Assembly (NCBI GenBank): GCA_016839785.1
Contig: JAEOTQ010000168.1
Location: 6,835 to 70,834 of the forward strand
Source: Candidatus Hodarchaeota archaeon
Lineage (GTDB): Archaea > Asgardarchaeota > Heimdallarchaeia > Hodarchaeales > Hodarchaeaceae
Reading direction: 5' to 3'
Length of the DNA: 64,000 bases
The translations under genes were made by a program, and so were the position numbers. The notes beneath the pieces are model-generated. The model saw only the letters and a list, made by a program, of their open reading frames with translations, made no database searches and was not told where the DNA came from. This document shows positions 57,885 to 64,000 of this stretch, in pieces. Position 1 is the first letter of the stretch; each line of letters begins with the position of its first letter.

Positions 57885-58367
57885 ATGTCGTTTAGAAAAG
57901 AAATGAGTTCGAAACAAAGGAAAAACATAATTTCTGCAATTTTAGCCCCTGGAATCTCTTCAAGGAAACTGGAAAATTATGTTCAGTTTGTTCTACAAGA
58001 CGAAAAGAAGAATGTAAGTTATTTATTAGATAAAGAACAGCACATCACTTTCTTTTCTTATGAAAAAATGTATCTTCCCACATTGAAATTCATTCGTAAA
58101 CATACAGAACTCGAATTCCCGTCTGTTCAAGTCGACGAGGGCGCTGTTAAATTTGTGATAAATGGCGCGGATATATTTTCACAAGGAATTGTCAATTATA
58201 ACAGAGAATTTTCTGAGAACACCATCGTTACAATCATGAATCCTCAAGATTCTGTATTAAGTATCGGAAAATGTCTATTTTCTTCTAGACATCTTTTGAA
58301 GGCAAAAGGGAAGAGTATTATCAACCTCCATTATCTAGGAGATAAAATTTGGGAAGAAAGTGTGTGA
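57885..58367 (+). CDS. PUA-domain RNA-binding protein (Tma20/MCT-1-like)
   Basis: 160 aa. The C-terminal VDEGAVKFVINGADIFSQGI is a PUA signature. Confidence 0.65.
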   Translation: MSFRKEMSSKQRKNIISAILAPGISSRKLENYVQFVLQDEKKNVSYLLDKEQHITFFSYEKMYLPTLKFIRKHTELEFPSVQVDEGAVKFVINGADIFSQGIVNYNREFSENTIVTIMNPQDSVLSIGKCLFSSRHLLKAKGKSIINLHYLGDKIWEESV

Positions 58368-58485
58368 GAAGGATTGTTGGACAACGAAAAAGCAGTTACT
58401 ATTTTCTAATAACAGATATATAATCTGAATATTTCTCTGGATGCAGACTAATATCTCAATGAATTGACATAAAGGACGTCTTGAA

Positions 58486-58875
58486 ATGTCTTATAAGGTT
58501 TTACCAGAGTTAAAATATTTACCAGAACATGATTGGGCGAAACGTGACGGAGAATACGTATTGGTAGGAGTAACAGATTTTGCTCAAAAAACACTAAAGG
58601 ATGTAGTCTACATTGAACTCCCTGAAGTGGGAGAAACATTTAACTTCAAAGCTGTAATTGGGTCGATTGAAAGTGTAAAGGCAGTGGCCGAATTAGTCAG
58701 TCCAATTAGTGGTGAAGTCATTGAAGTCAATGAAGAAGCCGTAGATGCTCCTGAAAAGGTTAACCAAGCACCTTATGAAACATGGCTTGTTAAAATAAAA
58801 CCATCGGATTTGGAAACTGATTGGAATAAACTAATGACACCCGAAGAGTACACGATTCATTGTGCCGAAGATTAA
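58486..58875 (+). CDS. gcvH: Glycine cleavage system H protein
   Basis: VGVTDFAQ...IESVKAVAELVSPISGEV includes the lipoyl-lysine motif ESVKA. Confidence 0.9.
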   Translation: MSYKVLPELKYLPEHDWAKRDGEYVLVGVTDFAQKTLKDVVYIELPEVGETFNFKAVIGSIESVKAVAELVSPISGEVIEVNEEAVDAPEKVNQAPYETWLVKIKPSDLETDWNKLMTPEEYTIHCAED

Positions 58876-58916
58876 TACCAATCACTATCAACTAGTGTAT
58901 TTTTAGATGAATTCTC

Positions 58917-59717
58917 TTGGCAGCTTCCAGAACAAGAATTTATTTCGTTGGAATGGGACTTACTGGGTTTAATAACCTCTCATTAAAAGCTCTAGAAATC
59001 CTAAGACTTGTAGAAATTATCTTTGTAGAAAAATATACGAATTTCATTTCACAGGATACACCTGAGTTCTGGGATGAAATAAACCAGAAATTAAAACCGA
59101 TATCAAGAAAAGATTTAGAGGAAGACGACCAATTATTCCTAGAAAAGATTGAAGGTAAAACGATTGCGTTTCTCATACCTGGAGATCCATTCATTGCGAC
59201 CACTCACAATTCTTTCCGAGTTGCCGCAACGAAAAAAGGCTATGAATGCAGATTAATACATAATTCCTCAATAGTCTCAGCTGCAATCTCGATTTCTGGA
59301 TTATCCTCATATAGTTTTGGCCGAACAGTTACCTGTCCCTTTCGTAGCAATAAAAGTGAATTTCCATACAGAATAATACAGCAAAATAAATCTATTAACG
59401 CTCACACACTAGTTCTTCTTGATATTAATTTAGTAGATAACAGGTTTTTATCCGTAAATGAAGCTATTTCGATATTATTTGATCTAGAAAAAGAGCTTAA
59501 AGAGAATGTCTTAAGTGATGAGAGTATAGTAATTGGATTAGCAAAAATTGGGTATAGCGAGGAAATTATTTGTGCTGGTTCGATGGATAAAGTATCAAAA
59601 TCTTTTAACTGGAACGAAATTGGACCTCCTCAAGCTTTAATTATATGTGCTAATACTTTTCATTTTGCTGAAAAAGAGGCACTTTCAGCATTGTGGGGAA
59701 CAGATCCCGATCAGTAA
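58917..59717 (+). CDS. dphB: Diphthine synthase
   Basis: TTG start. IYFVGMGL...LEIL, PGDPFIATTH, and overall tetrapyrrole-methylase-family architecture. 266 aa. Confidence 0.85.
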   Translation: MAASRTRIYFVGMGLTGFNNLSLKALEILRLVEIIFVEKYTNFISQDTPEFWDEINQKLKPISRKDLEEDDQLFLEKIEGKTIAFLIPGDPFIATTHNSFRVAATKKGYECRLIHNSSIVSAAISISGLSSYSFGRTVTCPFRSNKSEFPYRIIQQNKSINAHTLVLLDINLVDNRFLSVNEAISILFDLEKELKENVLSDESIVIGLAKIGYSEEIICAGSMDKVSKSFNWNEIGPPQALIICANTFHFAEKEALSALWGTDPDQ

Positions 59718-59796
59718 ATAAACCAAGATCACAAATTAATATTTTGTGAGAATATATTAGGTAATCAGGAAAATTAATTATGCGGGTGCCAATATA

Positions 59797-60468
59797 ATGA
59801 GTAACGAAACCAAGGAAGGAAGATTATTCCAGTCCTTATTAAAAGAGTTTTTGAAAGTAGCTTATTTATTAACTGTTGAAAAAGATTCGTTTACTGTGGA
59901 AGATTTTTCTACCAAACTTGATCGGACTGTAGAAGAGGGAAAAGCGTTACTTTCTGTATTGACAAGCATGAATCTAACTAAAAGATTAACAAAACCTTTA
60001 CACCATTTTATGATTACTCAAGGTGGCAAAAATAACCTGAGAATTATTTTAACAGGAGGGGTTTTCGATATAATTCATCTAGGTCATGTTAAAACATTGA
60101 AAGCCGCAAAAGAGGGAGGAGACATCCTTATAGTAGTTGTTGCCTCAGATAAAATGGTCGAATCGACCAAAGGAAGACCACCATTAAATTCTCAAATGAA
60201 TCGGATGAAACTCCTTGAAGAGCTAACCGTTGTAGATATCACGGCGAAAGGAAATCCAGATCCATCGAAATTTTTGGAAACTGTCGTCGAATATGAACCC
60301 AATGTGATAGCTTTGGGTTATGATCAATCTTCAACTGAAACTATGCTTGCCGATCAATTAGAAAAATCTGATATTAAGAATATCGTGATCAAGAAGTTAA
60401 ATGTTCAGGTTCCAAATGAAAAATCCTCTCTAAAATTTAAAAATCTAGATCAACACTCATTTGAGTAA
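59797..60468 (+). CDS. ribL: FAD synthetase RibL-type nucleotidyltransferase with an extra N-terminal wHTH-like domain
   Basis: The C-terminal ~145 aa reads ILTGGVFDIIHLGHVKTLKAAKEGGDILIVVVASD (HxGH cytidylyltransferase fold). About 75 extra N-terminal residues look like a winged helix. Confidence 0.65.
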   Translation: MSNETKEGRLFQSLLKEFLKVAYLLTVEKDSFTVEDFSTKLDRTVEEGKALLSVLTSMNLTKRLTKPLHHFMITQGGKNNLRIILTGGVFDIIHLGHVKTLKAAKEGGDILIVVVASDKMVESTKGRPPLNSQMNRMKLLEELTVVDITAKGNPDPSKFLETVVEYEPNVIALGYDQSSTETMLADQLEKSDIKNIVIKKLNVQVPNEKSSLKFKNLDQHSFE

Positions 60469-60495
60469 TAAATAGATCTATTTTATGGAAATACT

Positions 60496-61209
60496 CTACT
60501 CAAGAACTATCTGGAGTTCATCTCCATCCTTTACACCATATTTTTTCTTAATGTATTCAGGGGAAATTAATTCAATTTGATTTGAATGATGTGTACGTTC
60601 TGGACGCACTATTGCTGCCGGAATTTTGTCGTCATTCACCAAGATAAATGTTGGCCATATGAATACTTTCCCAAAAACTCGATCTCCATCCCTGAAACCA
60701 GAAATAAATTTACCTGGTAATCGTAATAAACGTTCAAAATTGCGTATCGTTACATCATCCAGAATTTGCAAATTCAATGTTCCTGGATACGGAGTAAAAT
60801 CTAGTATCATTGAGAATTGATCTCGATATGCCTTTTGTCCCATATAATATGCTCCTTCACCCATCCCTGTAATCACTTTTCCTCGTAGGACAATTTTTTC
60901 AGTAATTTCTCGCCTACTGGCCGTAAGAATCATCCATAAATCCGTAAACACCTGTTCCAAGTTGGCAATTCCTTCAGGTGTAATTTTAATTGAATTTCCT
61001 CTCTGAGAATAATTTCTAACAATCAGGTTTCTGTTTTCCATTTCTACAAGTTTTCTCGATGTTGATTGCTGAGATATTCCAATAGACTCACCTAATTCTG
61101 ATGTTGTACATGTAACAAGTCGTCTGCCTCCACCCATTTTTCCTAATGTAATAAGTATGTCTAAGTAACTAAATAGACTACTTTTCGTTTGTTTTGGGGT
61201 AGAATTCAT
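60496..61209 (-). CDS. ribK: CTP-dependent riboflavin kinase fused to an N-terminal HTH (RbkR-type)
   Basis: N-terminal wHTH (ELGESIGISQQSTSRKLVEM). C-terminal GKVITGMGEGAYYM...YPGTLNL archaeal RibK motifs. Confidence 0.8.
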   Translation of the reverse strand: MNSTPKQTKSSLFSYLDILITLGKMGGGRRLVTCTTSELGESIGISQQSTSRKLVEMENRNLIVRNYSQRGNSIKITPEGIANLEQVFTDLWMILTASRREITEKIVLRGKVITGMGEGAYYMGQKAYRDQFSMILDFTPYPGTLNLQILDDVTIRNFERLLRLPGKFISGFRDGDRVFGKVFIWPTFILVNDDKIPAAIVRPERTHHSNQIELISPEYIKKKYGVKDGDELQIVLE

Positions 61210-61411
61210 TGCCGATAAGCTCCAATGGATAAGAACAACTCGCTACAAAATATTTAATATAATTACTTGATTCTGGGTAGATGGATTTCTGAGGCAAGTT
61301 ACTCCATAAACGAACACTAGACGGCTTATTCCATGATGAGAATAGATATTTTTCTTGAATATACCTAGAATTTTTATAATTACTATTAAAATGAATAATA
61401 CGTGATTAAAA

Positions 61412-61545
61412 GGGCGCATAGCTCAGCAAGGTAGAGCGGTGGGCTCTTAGAAAAGGATTTAATAAATATATTTCTTCTGATAGAAGTATTCATGAATTCT
61501 TTTAGAGAGACCCATTGGTCGGGGGTTCAAGTCCCTCTGCGCCCG
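61412..61545 (+). tRNA. tRNA-Lys (anticodon CUU) with a 60-nt canonical-position intron (61450..61509)
   Basis: Acceptor GGGCGCA/TGCGCCC. D arm GCTCAGCAAGGTAGAGC. Anticodon stem GTGGG/CCCAT. BHB motif: CTCT/AGAG central helix, bulges TAG and AGA, inner helix AAAAG/CTTTT. The mature loop is CUCUUAA. T arm GGGGG-TTCAAGT-CCCTC. Confidence 0.9.
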
Positions 61546-61656
61546 TCGAACAAAATCTATACACAGATTTCTCCCTTAATTTCGATTAATGTACATGAAA
61601 TTCTCTCTGTATAGACAGATAATTTTATTCTGGGCAAAAATCTATAGAAACCGGAG

Positions 61657-62724
61657 ATGAAGCTCATTCAAAAAAGTGGCTCTTTTAATGGAGTTAAACT
61701 TCCCCTTATTCAAGCAGAAGAAGCTCGTCTTCGATTAATAAAGGCAGGAATTCTATTAAAGTCAAAGAAGATATTCAACAATCACGAATTTGTTTTTTTT
61801 CCAATTTCAGATTCAGTGAGCGCTTCTGACGTTCTCGGGGGTCTTGAATATCAATTAGTCTATCATATTTTTCCTGAAGAGTTTTTAAAACCTTCGGTTT
61901 TAGATTTACTAAAAAAAGAATTTCCTAATGAGCCATGGGACAATATTTCGATAAAATTTGATCAGATTGGAGAAATTGGGCTTTTACGATTAGATGACGA
62001 GATAACCTCGAGAGAGTTTCGCACCAGTGCAGGGAGTGCGATAATAAACGCATATCCGAAGATTACCACCGTAATGAATAAATTAGATGTTACTGAAGGA
62101 ATAGAGAGAATTTTTCCCATAGAACTTCTAGCTGGAGAAGAAAAATATGAGAGTTGGCATAAAGAATATGGAGTCTTGATAAAAGTTGACTTAAGGAGAG
62201 CATATTTTAATCCTCGACTTGCCGAGGAACACAGACGTCTTGCGTTGGAAATTTCTCGTGGAAACCGAATTCTGGATTTATTTACTGGAGTAGGTCCCTT
62301 CGCTCTCCATTGTGCGAAGGCACAAAATTGTGAAGTAATTGCAGTGGACATTAATCCCTACGCAATAAAGAGTTTAAAAGCCAGCATTAAGCGAAATAAG
62401 CTTAAAGGATCAATAATCCCTCTCGTTGGGGATGCTGGAGAAATTTTTAGAACTAAAAGGCACTTTGACAGAATAATAATCAATTTACCTAATCTTTCTA
62501 TTAATTACCTAGAATACACATCTAAACTGATAAAGGATGGGGGAATCATTACATTTTACCAATTTATGGAGAAAATTGAACAACCTGAACAATTCCTAAG
62601 TACAATAATTTCGAAAAAGCTTATGAATGTCTGTAATCATGAAATTCTAAATATTCGTGTTGGCCGCGAGGTCTCTCCCTCTAAAATTCAGCTAAATGTA
62701 GACCTAAGAATATCTAGTGTATAG
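61657..62724 (+). CDS. trm5: tRNA (guanine37-N1)-methyltransferase Trm5/Taw22 family
   Basis: FDQIGEIGLLRL, RILDLFTGVGPFALHCA, VIAVDINPYA, and NLP at the catalytic loop. Confidence 0.8.
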   Translation: MKLIQKSGSFNGVKLPLIQAEEARLRLIKAGILLKSKKIFNNHEFVFFPISDSVSASDVLGGLEYQLVYHIFPEEFLKPSVLDLLKKEFPNEPWDNISIKFDQIGEIGLLRLDDEITSREFRTSAGSAIINAYPKITTVMNKLDVTEGIERIFPIELLAGEEKYESWHKEYGVLIKVDLRRAYFNPRLAEEHRRLALEISRGNRILDLFTGVGPFALHCAKAQNCEVIAVDINPYAIKSLKASIKRNKLKGSIIPLVGDAGEIFRTKRHFDRIIINLPNLSINYLEYTSKLIKDGGIITFYQFMEKIEQPEQFLSTIISKKLMNVCNHEILNIRVGREVSPSKIQLNVDLRISSV

Positions 62725-62759
62725 TATATCACAGAAGAAGAAAAGGAGTATTTAATCAC

Positions 62760-63428
62760 GTGTCATCTCTTCAGCAGGATAAAGATCTATTGATACAGAA
62801 CTACCGAGTAAGAGGACTAATAAAAGACGAAATAGCATTCAAGGCTTTTAAAGAAGTACCAAGAGAAAAGTTTCTTCCAAAAAATTTTCAATCCTCAGCA
62901 TACTCCGATCACCCATTACCATTAATGAATACAGGACAAACAATTTCGGCTCCGCATATGACAATAATGATTTTGGAATATCTAGAGCTTTCTCCAGGAC
63001 TGAAAGTATTAGAAGTGGGTGCTGGATCAGGGTATCAAGCAGCTTTGATGGCTGCAGCAATTACTTCAGACAAGAAGACGGGTCATGTCTATTCCCTAGA
63101 AATTGTGCCAGAACTTGTTGGATTTGCTCAAAAAAATGTGGAAGAAACAGGATATGACGATCGTGTAACGATAATTTCTGGAGATGGCACACTAGGGTAT
63201 GAGGCAGCTTCCCCTTATGATCGAATAATTCTCACTGCTGCTGGCCCAGAATTACCCCCTCCATTATTCAAGCAGCTTGAAATAGGAGGAATATTAGTCA
63301 TGCCTGTTGGAACCCCAAGGATGTGGCAAGTAATGACCAGATTTAGAAAGAATTCGAAAACAGAATTCTCCAAGGAAGTTTTATCTTCAGTTGCCTTTGT
63401 ACCACTTAGAGGCCAATATGGTATCTAA
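62760..63428 (+). CDS. pcm: Protein-L-isoaspartate O-methyltransferase
   Basis: GTG start. GQTISAPHMTIMILEYL, VLEVGAGSGYQAALMA, YDRIILTAAGPELP. Confidence 0.9.
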   Translation: MSSLQQDKDLLIQNYRVRGLIKDEIAFKAFKEVPREKFLPKNFQSSAYSDHPLPLMNTGQTISAPHMTIMILEYLELSPGLKVLEVGAGSGYQAALMAAAITSDKKTGHVYSLEIVPELVGFAQKNVEETGYDDRVTIISGDGTLGYEAASPYDRIILTAAGPELPPPLFKQLEIGGILVMPVGTPRMWQVMTRFRKNSKTEFSKEVLSSVAFVPLRGQYGI

Positions 63429-64000
63429 CTTTCAAAAAACGTATCAAGAGTGCTTTGACTTGTAATTCGTTGAAGGGCCTTTATCTGTCTTTGAATACGC
63501 TCTGGTGTAAATCCCCGCTCCTCAACTAAGAACTTTTGTACTTTCTTTGGTTTTGGATCAGAATAAGAAATTTTAACATTCTCATCAACCTCTGGGGATA
63601 GGAAATACTTGAGAAGTACATCAGGCGGATAAGGAAAAATTTCTTCCAAATCATAAGTGGCATCGAGATGGGTTACTAATGAATCGAAATTTGGATATTT
63701 TTGCACGAGTTTTAGTGCTGTTTTAGGTCCAATCCCCTTTATCCCTTTTGGATTATAATCTGTGCCTATCAATAATCCAACCAAAATCAATTGTTCTCTG
63801 TCTTTAAGCTTTAATTCATTAAGTAACTGATTTAATTGAATTCTTTCAGTCTCCACCTCAATAAAACGTTGTTGGTTTGGAAGTTTTCGTCTTTGTGACA
63901 CCCCAAGGTTACGTATGACCGTTGAACATCCAAATAGAAAAGAATCATAGTCTTGAGATGCCATTGCATTAATAATACCTTGATTCGTCAATATGGCTCC
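63425..64000 (-). CDS. fen: Flap endonuclease FEN1, C-terminal part (N-terminus lies beyond the window end)
   Basis: H3TH motif LLIGTDYNPKGIKGIGPKTALKLV and a C-terminal PIP-like QSTLDTFF. The frame stays open to base 64000. Confidence 0.85.
   Translation of the reverse strand, partial: GAILTNQGIINAMASQDYDSFLFGCSTVIRNLGVSQRRKLPNQQRFIEVETERIQLNQLLNELKLKDREQLILVGLLIGTDYNPKGIKGIGPKTALKLVQKYPNFDSLVTHLDATYDLEEIFPYPPDVLLKYFLSPEVDENVKISYSDPKPKKVQKFLVEERGFTPERIQRQIKALQRITSQSTLDTFFES

Noticed and set aside
1-64000. Genome-wide reassignment of TAG to a sense codon, prompted by the CUA tRNA.
   Set aside because: Long conserved genes (tfb, radA, aCPSF1, glyA, gcvT, pepT, and the 1863-aa ORF) are uninterrupted under the standard code. 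TAG ends several ORFs at their expected natural C-termini (tfb ...LSIEITV, agmatinase, the membrane-anchor tail of the Kelch protein).
1-64000. CRISPR arrays, rRNA genes, and IS elements with terminal inverted repeats.
   Set aside because: I saw no regularly spaced short repeats, no rRNA-like conserved stretches and no transposase-like ORFs while reading the window. The only long repeats found are the three tfb-tail copies.

Overview
This is an AT-rich archaeal chromosome segment, densely packed with genes on both strands. Archaeal markers include TFB, RadA, RNAP subunit Rpo10, uS2, sn-glycerol-1-phosphate dehydrogenase, aCPSF1, diphthine synthase, FEN1, and two tRNA genes with bulge-helix-bulge (BHB) introns. 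A tentative Asgard-like affiliation rests only on gene flavour: Kelch, JAB/MPN, small-GTPase-like and longin/roadblock-like ORFs. Most of the window is housekeeping: translation and tRNA modification, glycine cleavage and C1 metabolism, flavin cofactor genes, transporters, and surface proteins.

Four things stand out.
1. The last 65 bp of the tfb gene occur three times as direct repeats (9531, 15511, 16556). They bracket a 5.98-kb, relatively GC-rich insert and a 1.05-kb remnant. This looks like tandem integrated elements that target the 3' end of a basal transcription factor gene and re-supply its coding end. No recognisable tyrosine or serine recombinase is present. The insert instead carries a large disordered-region + HTH + double-LAGLIDADG-like protein, a RecA-like ATPase and an XPD-like Fe-S helicase. 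The ATPase and helicase frames are linked by an A_AAA_AAG -1 slippery heptamer.
2. A tRNA-Gln-like gene next to rpoN has a well-formed BHB intron whose removal leaves a CUA (amber-reading) anticodon. TAG is nevertheless clearly used as a stop codon in this window.
3. An hgcA/hgcB-like pair is present in which HgcA carries an extra N-terminal class-I SAM-methyltransferase domain.
4. An overlapping AAA+ (Ycf46-like) / DUF2997 / DUF1257 three-gene module of unknown function is present.

No CRISPR array and no rRNA gene were seen. All family assignments come from motif recognition by eye. No database searches were run.
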